Source: Candidatus Binatia bacterium
GTDB lineage: Bacteria > Desulfobacterota > Binatia > Bin18
NCBI GenBank assembly: GCA_963666315.2
Contig: CAXXHG010000018.1
Location: 32,001 to 96,000 of the forward strand
Direction: 5' to 3'
Length of the DNA: 64,000 nt
The notes under the pieces were generated by a model. It searched no databases, was not told the DNA's origin, and worked only from the letters and a program-made list of their open reading frames with translations. The position numbers were made by a program, and so were the translations under genes. Shown piece by piece: positions 1-7,678 of this stretch (the first letter of the stretch is position 1; every line of letters starts with the position of its first letter).

Positions 1-2
1 AA

Positions 3-230
3 CGTCTGGCACGCCACCTGTCGGAAGTCAGTTGGCAAATCATTGTCCACAATCACAAAGACGAAGATGTCACCGTTCGGGTGGAAGAGCCCATGTACGG
101 CGACTGGGAAGTCATCTCGTCCACACCGGAAAAATACGAGAAGCCGGACACTCACACCCTACGCTTTGAAGTCAGCGTACCCAAAAATGGCGAAGTAAAA
201 ATCGGCTACCGGGTGCAGATCAAGACCTGA
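3..230 (+). CDS. 3' end of probable DUF4139-domain protein (5' truncated by window)
   Basis: Frame 3 reads ...WQIIVHNHKDEDVTVRVEEPMYGDWEVISS...LRFEVSVPKNGEVKIGYRVQIKT*, resembling the DUF4139 C-terminus. Confidence 0.65.
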   Translation, partial: RLARHLSEVSWQIIVHNHKDEDVTVRVEEPMYGDWEVISSTPEKYEKPDTHTLRFEVSVPKNGEVKIGYRVQIKT

Positions 231-305
231 CTCAACCGTTCATAATTTTTTTTACAAAAATGATGCTCATTGTTTTCTCGACTAGGGGATACTAGACTAA
301 AGCCC

Positions 306-884
306 ATGAGACAAAGTACTCAGTCCGCACCTAGCCCACATCGTTTTACCCGCGAAGAATACCACCGTCTGGCAGAGCCCAACCTCCTTAGGGATGAACG
401 CGTCGAACTGCTCGATGGAGTCATTGTCAATATGAGTCCGCAGAACAGTCCTCATGCAGCAACAACCCATCGCCTCTTGTTTACACTCCTGCGCACTTTG
501 GGGGAAGCGGCTTACGTTCGGGTGCAAGCACCCATTGTCCTCAACGACTGGAGTGAGCCAGAGCCTGATATTGCGATCTGCCAGCCTGACCAGGCCGACT
601 ATGCCAAACAGCATCCACACGCTCATCAGGTAATGGTGATAATTGAAGTGGCAGAAAGCTCGCTGGCTTATGATCAAACCCAAAAGGCTCACGCCTACGC
701 CGCAAGCGGCATTCCTGAGTATTGGATTGTCAATCTGACCGACCGGACTATTGCCGTGTTGACCAATCCTTTAACGGCAGATGGGCGGTATCAGTACGAA
801 CAGATTAAACTAGAAGGCGAGAGACTCTCTCTTCCGCATGACCACCAGACCATCGCGGTCTCCGACATCCTGCCACCGGTGTAG
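306..884 (+). CDS. Uma2 (DUF820) family PD-(D/E)xK endonuclease-like protein
   Basis: FTREEYHRL, VELLDG, SEPEPDI, IEVAESSL, YAASGIPEYWIVNL motifs. Confidence 0.9.
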   Translation: MRQSTQSAPSPHRFTREEYHRLAEPNLLRDERVELLDGVIVNMSPQNSPHAATTHRLLFTLLRTLGEAAYVRVQAPIVLNDWSEPEPDIAICQPDQADYAKQHPHAHQVMVIIEVAESSLAYDQTQKAHAYAASGIPEYWIVNLTDRTIAVLTNPLTADGRYQYEQIKLEGERLSLPHDHQTIAVSDILPPV

Positions 885-989
885 CATCCCCTTTATCCCC
901 AGTTCCGCTTGGGAAACCCCGATCATAGCCAGCAGTCCGGCATTTCCCCTCTTGGGGAGGACCTCAAACGCCATCTAAGGAGCAGTAAG

Positions 990-1490
990 CTATTCATTCA
1001 ATTGTTGGAGAAAAGCTTCAAGGAACTGACCGCTGTAATGAATTCCTTGCTCTTGCATGCGCTCAAGGAAAGGACGAACTCTGGAAATGACTCCTCGACG
1101 TTTCGCACGAACGAGAAGCCCAGCCGTACGGATAATGCGAAGACCACGAGCAAGTGCAACTGAACGCGCTGCACGCTCGTCAAGTAGCAGGTCGTCGGCA
1201 ACGATCTCTTCAGCTAATACGATGGTCTCGGCTTCACCGCGATCAAGGAGAAGGAAAAGTTCCGGTGGATTCGTCCGAACAGCTCGGACCTCGACCCAAG
1301 AAGCGGTACGGATCTCTGCTGCGCCCAGGCGATTATTCGCTCTTGTGATTTCCTGCCAAACCGCCTCCGGAATCAACACTTGCCCGACAATACGTTGGAG
1401 GAGGACTAACTCTCCAATACGCGCAAACGCAATCAGTGGGGTAGAATTGCTAACAATTATTCGGGGCGGAGTCTCGCTTGGCAGCTGCAA
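990..1490 (-). CDS. DUF3368 / PIN-domain putative toxin (start uncertain)
   Basis: IIVSNSTPLIAF, LDRGEAETIVLA, LLLDERAAR motifs; directly downstream of a UPF0175 gene. Confidence 0.85.
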   Translation of the reverse strand: MQLPSETPPRIIVSNSTPLIAFARIGELVLLQRIVGQVLIPEAVWQEITRANNRLGAAEIRTASWVEVRAVRTNPPELFLLLDRGEAETIVLAEEIVADDLLLDERAARSVALARGLRIIRTAGLLVRAKRRGVISRVRPFLERMQEQGIHYSGQFLEAFLQQLNE

Positions 1491-1512
1491 TTTCTGCCGT
1501 TGCGTCTTCAGC

Positions 1513-1728
1513 CTAAAGATCAAAGGTCGGAATGCCTCGGGTAGCCAAGACATCCATAAAGTCGAGGCGAGACAACCCCGCCAGCCGAGCGGATTGGCCA
1601 AGGGACAAGCGTTTTTCACGCAGGTAGTGGATCGCAGCAACCAAACGCATCTCTTTGGCCAACTCAGCTGGCTGCTCGCCAAGAGTCACGAGCAGATCAT
1701 CAGGAATATCCAAAGAAACCCGCGGCAT
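1513..1728 (-). CDS. UPF0175 family putative antitoxin; TAG at 1513-1515 is probably premature (frame stays open to 1450)
   Basis: EMRLVAAIHYLREKRLSLGQSARLAGLSRLDFMDVL...GIP; after the TAG the frame continues AEDATAEIAAAK. Confidence 0.8.
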   Translation of the reverse strand: MPRVSLDIPDDLLVTLGEQPAELAKEMRLVAAIHYLREKRLSLGQSARLAGLSRLDFMDVLATRGIPTFDL

Positions 1729-1837
1729 AGTCTGTTCCTTTCTTATGTATTGTTCAGCCTAGCCCCGGAGCAAAACCAGGTCAAAAAAAAGAGAGTCTAT
1801 TTATCAGCGCCCCTTTCGGGAGGCCCCGCCTTCTCCG

Positions 1838-1858
1838 GTAGGGTGCGCCCTGCGCACC
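1838..1858 (+). repeat. GTAG-type REP palindrome
   Basis: GTAG-GGTGCGC-CCT-GCGCACC. Confidence 0.6.
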
Positions 1859-2144
1859 ACAGCAGGCAAACACAAATACCTAAGGTAGAAGCGATTACCA
1901 TATTCCAGAAATCATAACTTAATCAAGTAATTTCAATTGAGCATTTATTTATTAGAAATATTCTTTTATGGGATAATCGCTATGCCAATCGCTGTGCAGA
2001 AGAGTATACTGACGTTTTTGTATCGGCGCAGTTGAATAGAATGGCGAAAAAAACATGATAATTTTTCACCACTAATTTTTCTAGTCGATAGGCTGGTGTT
2101 TGATACTCGGTATTTTGGGGTCGGATGTGGCGTCGCGCAGATTC

Positions 2145-3128
2145 CTACTTGTCTGCCTTCTCATCACTAGGGCGAAGTAGGTCCAACGTCCGCTCCACTT
2201 TCCGCAGGTCCTCAGTTTCTAGGCCATGTCACAGATAAATGTCACGAGCTGCCTCAAGCAACTCCAGCGCGTCCTCTAGCTTTCCTTGGCCGGCATAGGC
2301 GAGGCCGATATTCCCGAGGGCATTGGCTTCGCCCAGGGGGTTACCTATCTTCCTATAAAGCTCTAAGGCGGCTTGATCGGTTGTCAGCGCGTCCCCGAGC
2401 TTCTTCTGCTGAGACGAGACCGATACCATTACGAAGGGCTGCCTCAAAGTCCTTCTTTCTTCTTTGCCGTGCAGTTTTTAGACCTAGCAAATAGGCCGCC
2501 TCCGCCTCTCTAATATCTGAGATCTGTCAGAGAGTATTCCCGAGGTTTAAATACGCCGACATCGTCGGCAGCACGTTGATTGACTTCCGATACGTGGAGG
2601 CGGCATCTCGGTAGCGCTCGGCGACATAATCCCGTTCGGCACTCTCAAAGTAGTCCGCAGCTTCCTTCGCACGCTCAGCGGGCATCTCTTCGATCTCCTG
2701 CTTGGACCCGTAAGCGGTCGCCTTTGGGGGTTCCTTCTTAGTATCGTCGGACAAAGCTATAGCAGGTTGTACATTGAGCAAGTCCCTAAAAGTCATGGCC
2801 CCGTAGGAAACCACCGCGCCAGTAACAGCAAGCAAGAGAAAGAGTGGGCGGTTGCGCGTTGCCCAGCCCAAAAACTTTGCGAGAGTTGGTTGGGGAAGAA
2901 GTTCTACTGGGGTGATCGTCGCTGAAAGCATTAAGCCGGCAAGGGCCGCTAAGAGGCCGCTGAGCCCTACGAGGACGGTCAAGAGGCGTAACACGAATTT
3001 CCGCCTTCGATGAGAACATTATCTTTTGTGGGTGCCCGACCGGTCTCGCTCACCAGCCGCTCGCGCAGACGGGGATCCTCTTTTGCGGAACTTTTCTCTT
3101 CCGCCTCCCGAGCTGTAGAAGCTGCCAT
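2145..3128 (-). pseudogene. Membrane-anchored tetratricopeptide-repeat protein, disrupted
   Basis: Two hydrophobic helices then TPR motifs (SAYLNLGNTL, GEANALGNIGLAYAGQGKLEDALE); in-frame TGA at 2527 and 2229 plus frameshifts. Confidence 0.7.
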
Positions 3129-3160
3129 ACTAGTTTTGTCCGGGCCCTGTTAGGCTACGA

Positions 3161-3400
3161 TCAAGATGAGGATTGGAGAGCTACTTCTATTCTGTTTTTG
3201 CCAACCGCAAAATATGTCGATCTTGCTCGATGCCGATGAAGCGGCGACCTTCGTGGGGGGCGGCTCCCGTTGTACCGCTGCACATGAAGGGGTCGAGGAT
3301 CAGCCCCTCTGGGAGGACGCATTCGATCAGCTGGCGCATGAGGTCAGTCGGTTTGGTGGAGGCTTTGCCCTCTCCGTTCGTATTTCTGACTCGGCGAAGC
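3161..3400 (-). pseudogene. C-terminal remnant of N4/N6 (beta-class) DNA methyltransferase
   Basis: KPTDLMRQLIE...ILDPFMCSGTTG...GRRFIGIEQD (degenerate SAM-binding DPFxGSGTT); frameshift near the 3' end; no catalytic N-terminal half. Confidence 0.75.
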
Positions 3401-3436
3401 TTGACGCTCGCTTGTGGTTCGCCCGCATGAAGAATA

Positions 3437-3527
3437 GGGCAGATCACCTCAACAGCTCCATGAGCGCTGCACATGAGTTGCGGGCAACCCTCCCCGGCGC
3501 TTTGCGCCACCCCTCCAAGGTGGGAAT
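3437..3527 (+). repeat. Partial copy C of composite repeat (REP-like core)
   Basis: ATGAGCGCTGCACATGAG.TGCGGGCAACCC.CCCCGGCGCTTTGCGCCACCCCTCC is shared with the copies at 4001 and 4528. Confidence 0.8.
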
Positions 3528-3702
3528 TATGCACAGCATGACACCAAAGGAATGCTGTGCTCAAGTAGGGGAATGTTGACGTGACAAGACCTGGAGGAGC
3601 GATGCCTAGCCTATCTGGTTCGGCTGCACTAGCCGGCGGGGGTGTGGTATGCGCGGTGTCAGAGCACCGAGATCTCTAAAGTGTCGCAGCCCAGCCCTTT
3701 AG

Positions 3703-3739
3703 GTAGCACCGACCTTCACCCGTCGGTAAGGATTGAAAC
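3703..3739 (+). CRISPR. Solitary CRISPR-type direct repeat (no array)
   Basis: GTAGCACCGACCTTCACCCGTCGGTAAGGATTGAAAC: 37 nt, GT start, ACCGAC/GTCGGT stem, ATTGAAAC 3' end; only one copy seen in the window. Confidence 0.65.
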
Positions 3740-3758
3740 AACGGTTGGGTGTTCTCTG

Positions 3759-3794
3759 CGCCTCTCGGATTGTGACTCCGAGAGACGTTTTTTT
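3759..3794 (+). terminator. Rho-independent terminator
   Basis: CGCCTCTCGGA-ttgtgac-TCCGAGAGACG followed by T7. Confidence 0.75.
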
Positions 3795-3930
3795 AGGGCG
3801 CTGTCTTATCGAGTATCCGCTCGGTAAGACGTGCCACGTAGCGGACCTCTCGCACGATGTAGGTCAGCGCGATAGCTCCGATCACCATCTGTCCGACCAG
3901 CATCATGGCGAGTATGATATGCTCCGTTAT
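3793..3930 (-). CDS. Small single-pass membrane peptide (45 aa; ATA at the expected start position)
   Basis: (I/M)TEHIILAMMLVGQMVIGAIALTYIVREVRYVARLTERILDKTAP; GGAGG RBS upstream; promoter-like TTGCAA-N17-AACAAT. Confidence 0.55.
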   Translation of the reverse strand: MTEHIILAMMLVGQMVIGAIALTYIVREVRYVARLTERILDKTAP

Positions 3931-3949
3931 CCTTCCTCCTGTCTGATTT

Positions 3950-3978
3950 ATTGTTCTGCATTCCATCCCGTGTTGCAA
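3950..3978 (-). promoter_or_regulatory. Putative sigma70 promoter of the 45-aa peptide gene
   Basis: TTGCAA (3978-3973), 17 nt, AACAAT (3955-3950). Confidence 0.4.
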
Positions 3979-4000
3979 CCTCCTTTTTCTTCCTCGGTCA

Positions 4001-4244
4001 GGTCGCACGGGGAACGTTTAGCGCTTGGCTGGGGGTGGCGCTTATTGGCTCTATCTCCTGGGACTGGCCGCGCTGGAATCTCTATCCCCGCTCGATGCTG
4101 TTAGCGGACGAGTCGCCTCAGGAGCGAGATGAGCGCTGCGCATGGGTTGCGGGCAACCCACCCCATCGCTACGCGCCACCCCGCCCAAGAGGGGATATTG
4201 TTGGAGGGAGATTAAGACAAGTCTTGCCGGTGGGTCGCGCCACG
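4001..4244 (+). repeat. Composite repeat copy A (interrupted inside its terminal REP; resumes at 4448-4500)
   Basis: Collinear, clearly homologous to 4528-4770 by visual alignment. Confidence 0.9.
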
Positions 4245-4254
4245 ATTCTAAGAA

Positions 4255-4347
4255 TCAACGGTGGGTTGCAACTTTGTAAGCAAACCAAACAGCCGCACCG
4301 ATGACGCCAAAAATAACGAACAGTCCAACGACGTAATCAAAACTCAT
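4255..4347 (-). CDS. Small membrane peptide (30 aa)
   Basis: MSFDYVVGLFVIFGVIGAAVWFAYKVATHR*; AAGGAGG RBS 6 nt upstream; TATAGT -10 at 4371-4366. Confidence 0.65.
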   Translation of the reverse strand: MSFDYVVGLFVIFGVIGAAVWFAYKVATHR

Positions 4348-4447
4348 GCGTCGCCTCCTTTTCGAACTATAGCGAGAATCTGCTTGTACTGAAACCAGGC
4401 CAGCGGGCCTAAACTGATCGTGCCAAGAACACCAGCTACCGGTCTCT

Positions 4448-4500
4448 CCGGTGGGTCGCGCTACGCTTGACCCACCCTACAATTCTACAAACAGCAGGTG
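4448..4500 (+). repeat. GTAG-family REP (minus orientation) plus tail shared with the end of copy B
   Basis: CCGGTGGGTCGCGCTACGCTTGACCCACCCTACAATTCTACAAACAG vs 4754-4800 CCGGTGGGCCGCGCGTAGCGCGACCCACCTTACAGTTCTACAAACAG. Confidence 0.8.
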
Positions 4501-4527
4501 CTGTTTGTCTGACGAAAAGAAAAGTAG

Positions 4528-4807
4528 GGTTGCACGGGCAACGTTTGGCGCCGGGCTGGGGGTGGCGCTTATTGGCTTTATCCTCTGGGGCTTGCCGCGC
4601 TGGAATCTCTATCGCCACTCGATGCTGTGAGCGGGCGAATCACCTCAGGAGCGAGATGAGCGCTGCGCATGAGGTGCGGGCAACCCACCCCGGCGCTTTG
4701 CGCCACCCCTCCACGGAGGGGATATTGTTGAGGGGAGATTAAGACAAGTCTTGCCGGTGGGCCGCGCGTAGCGCGACCCACCTTACAGTTCTACAAACAG
4801 GATGTGC
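4528..4807 (+). repeat. Composite repeat copy B (uninterrupted)
   Basis: Gene-end-like segment (VARATFGAGLGVALIGFILWGLPRWNLYRHSML*) plus two different REP-like hairpins. Confidence 0.9.
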
Positions 4808-4846
4808 ACCGGTACGACGGACCAATGCTCCGCGTTCTCGGGTCAC

Positions 4847-5348
4847 TTAGGGCAGCTCGCGGCCGAGCCAATCCGTATAGAACGCTTGGAGGTTAGGCGT
4901 GAAGTTCGCCAGGATAGGATACCCAGGCGGGACTGCGTCTACTTCAAGTTGGCGGCCACAGCCCGGACAGACGAACTCCCGAATTTCATTCTTCTCCGGA
5001 TCCGGGCTGCGCGGCCCGGACCAGATTTCCTCCAGACTCTCGGTCGTGTCGCGCACATGGATCAACGCACCTAGCTTCCAATTATCGCGGTAGTCACCAA
5101 ACTCTTGTCCGCACAGACACTTGACCGCGTACACGCCCTCAATTCTTCACAATCGAGAGCACCGGCGAGAGGGGCAGAATAATCGGCTCATCCCAGTCCA
5201 CGCGCGACTGCAAGACGCGAACATAGACATCGAACCGCTTCGGGTCCTTGAACGAGGATTGGATGTGATGGACATCGTCCCACGGCAATTCACCGTCCAG
5301 GAGTTGGCCCAGAGTGGCCTCATCAATCTCAACAACTTGTCCTGCCAT
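4847..5348 (-). pseudogene. acxC: Acetone carboxylase gamma-subunit-like protein, frameshifted near 5140
   Basis: KDPKRFDVY...WDEPIILPL in one frame; VKCLCGQEFGDYRDNWK...EFVCPGCG (CxC/CxxC Zn site) in the next. Confidence 0.85.
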
Positions 5349-5364
5349 ATTTAGAACTCCGCAA

Positions 5365-7647
5365 CTAGAACTCTGCTGGATCATCTGCCACACGGGATAC
5401 GCCTGAGCGTAGCGCGAGCGGGTTGACGTCCCGAATCTCGGGTCGATCAAAGGTGAAGGACTCCTCAAAGCCCCAGAAGTCGCGGTATTCACGCATCCAT
5501 TTTTTCGAGTGCGAGCTCACATCCTTGTATATCTCGAGCACGACTTGCGGCAGATCATACTTCTCGATGCGTGCGCGCTGCGCGGCGACCCACTCCCGCG
5601 TAGGCACGGCCCTGGTCTTGCGGCCTTCTCGCAGCGCTCGCCGCTTGGCCTCTGACGCCTCGACATTCACACACCACCGATTCTCGCGCTCATCACGTTC
5701 GACCACCACGCCACAGATCTTTTCGACCATCTCAGTCGTGACGATGCCGTTCTCGAGATCGTCTTCGATCCGCTTGGGATCGCGTTCCAAGGGATCACCG
5801 AATCCACCCATGCCACGGTACTGCATGAGCAGTATATCGCCATTCTTCATTGGTTTCTCGACCGTCATATTCCCGTGCGAAATCTGGACCTTGCCCTTTA
5901 AGAGGCGCGTCAGATCCGGGTTGTTGGGGTCGTCGCCTTCGCCCGTGGGCAACTCATCCTGATTCGCTATGCGTTCCTTGATGTCGGAATCGGTCATGAC
6001 GTAGACGTAATGGATCTTGCCCGGATAGCCGCCGAAAAGCCCCTGGTGGTCGAAAGCTCGAGCCTGACACAGCTCGGTAGTCACGACGAGCTGATTGGAT
6101 TTGTGCGTGAGTAGGAGCGACTGCCAGCCGTTGCCGCCCCGGTATTTACCGAAACCGTGGGCGTTGGGGAGAATATTCCGGCCTAGATAGAGCTGCGGAA
6201 AGAGCTGTTCCCAGATTTCCGCGTTGCCCATATCGGATTCCGGATTCCACAACACATATCCAAAATCGATGCCGTCCGTGATCGCCCGGGCACCGCTGCC
6301 TTGGGCCGCAAGTTCGAAGTTGGTCCCGCCGAATACCTTGCCATACTGATCCACCCCACCCGCGTCATAGCTGGGAGTCAGGGCGCCAAACAGGAAGGTC
6401 TCTTCAACAAAGCCCCGCATAAAGGTCGAGCGGGCCATCATCCGATACCAGTTGGCCCAGCCCGGCATGACCAGATTCCAGCCCAGGGAGGTCGAGGCAT
6501 ATTTGTTGTCAGGCCACACTAACGTGCCCTTCGGGAATTTCAGCTCTGTGCCCAAATAGCTGCCGTGGTTGATGCGACCGTCAAAGTTCAGGGCTTGGGA
6601 CATAGAGACGAAGAGACCGCCCTCCATGGCAGCCGGCGTTGCATTGCCCGACCAATAGCGCCACGAACCCGTCCCATCGAAATCGATCGTCATCTTGCCC
6701 GAACTGTGGACTTTCATTTCGAGCGGCAAGATGATGGTCACGTTGCCGTCGGCCAGCGGCGAGAGCCCGGCCTGGCCCTCCATATTTTGGTCAGAGGTGG
6801 TGACTTCTTTATAGATGCCGGGAACCAGGACGGTCTTGACGCGCTCGAGCTGGGTTTGGCGCGCGCCTTCAATGTATTCGTTGACGGCATGATTGTAATA
6901 ATCGATGCCGAACTCTTCAATGGTCGCCAGGATCTCATCCCGGGCTAATATCGCACCGGTCACGCGCGCCTTGGTATCCAGAATCCACAGGTCCGGCGAG
7001 CGAACGCTCCGCTCGGCGCGTACTTCGTAGTGTTTGTAGATACTGTCGTTTTCGCCTATCTTCTCGGCGCAGATGATGAGTCCTTCGGTGAAGCGCTCTG
7101 AGGCTAAGACCGGCATACTGCCCGGCGTGATCCCGCCCACTTCGAGCACATGGGTCACCATGCCCGTCCAGCCGATGAGTTCGCCCTCCCAGATAACGGG
7201 CGTCACGTCCATGACATCCGGGATATGCACGCCACCGATATAGGTGTCGTTATTCTCGAAAATGTCTCCGTGCTTGAAGCCCGGATCAGTCTCGTAATCG
7301 TGCTCGATCATCCATTTGATAAAGCGGCTCATCGTATGCACGTGGACCATGATACCACCGGAAAACACGACCGAGTCACCTTCAGGCGTATACATGCCAA
7401 CGACGGACTCGCCCACCTCACGCGTTGCGGGTGAACAGGCAACCTTCGAGCCCACCTGCTGCGAGCTGATCATAATCGACTGGAGACGAGAGAAGAGCAG
7501 CTCGTAGCGAATCACGTCTTTGTTCTTCAGCCGAAGCTCCGAAACGCCGTTATAGTGTCCGGTTGTTTCCAACAGATGCTTCGAGCGGAGCCTGCGCGCA
7601 TTCAGCGACACCGGAATGACTGAGTCTTTGAGCAGTTGTGCACACAT
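5365..7647 (-). CDS. acxB: Acetone carboxylase alpha-subunit-like (hydantoinase B/oxoprolinase family)
   Basis: IRYELLFSRL, EVGES, GIMVHVHTM, HIPD and THVLE metal-ligand motifs, GFGKYRGG, GGFGDPLERD. Confidence 0.88.
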   Translation of the reverse strand: MCAQLLKDSVIPVSLNARRLRSKHLLETTGHYNGVSELRLKNKDVIRYELLFSRLQSIMISSQQVGSKVACSPATREVGESVVGMYTPEGDSVVFSGGIMVHVHTMSRFIKWMIEHDYETDPGFKHGDIFENNDTYIGGVHIPDVMDVTPVIWEGELIGWTGMVTHVLEVGGITPGSMPVLASERFTEGLIICAEKIGENDSIYKHYEVRAERSVRSPDLWILDTKARVTGAILARDEILATIEEFGIDYYNHAVNEYIEGARQTQLERVKTVLVPGIYKEVTTSDQNMEGQAGLSPLADGNVTIILPLEMKVHSSGKMTIDFDGTGSWRYWSGNATPAAMEGGLFVSMSQALNFDGRINHGSYLGTELKFPKGTLVWPDNKYASTSLGWNLVMPGWANWYRMMARSTFMRGFVEETFLFGALTPSYDAGGVDQYGKVFGGTNFELAAQGSGARAITDGIDFGYVLWNPESDMGNAEIWEQLFPQLYLGRNILPNAHGFGKYRGGNGWQSLLLTHKSNQLVVTTELCQARAFDHQGLFGGYPGKIHYVYVMTDSDIKERIANQDELPTGEGDDPNNPDLTRLLKGKVQISHGNMTVEKPMKNGDILLMQYRGMGGFGDPLERDPKRIEDDLENGIVTTEMVEKICGVVVERDERENRWCVNVEASEAKRRALREGRKTRAVPTREWVAAQRARIEKYDLPQVVLEIYKDVSSHSKKWMREYRDFWGFEESFTFDRPEIRDVNPLALRSGVSRVADDPAEF

Positions 7648-7678
7648 CGCTTGATCCCCTTTCTTGAGTTGCCCTTTT

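Noticed and set aside
1057-1917. Long antisense/shadow ORFs (e.g. 1057-1917, 14267-15253, 38002-38781)
   Set aside because: They overlap well-supported genes on the opposite strand and have no recognisable motifs.
3602-3679. 25-aa ORF MPSLSGSAALAGGGVVCAVSEHRDL behind GGAGGAG (CreT-like toxin idea)
   Set aside because: Short RBS spacing, no tandem rare-codon signature, and it overlaps the putative promoter; insufficient support.
3703-3800. A conventional CRISPR array
   Set aside because: Only one repeat is present, with no regularly spaced second copy and no cas genes in the window.
4001-4807. Integron attC sites
   Set aside because: No clear RYYYAAC...GTTRRRY paired boxes; the repeats are longer and built from REP-type hairpins.
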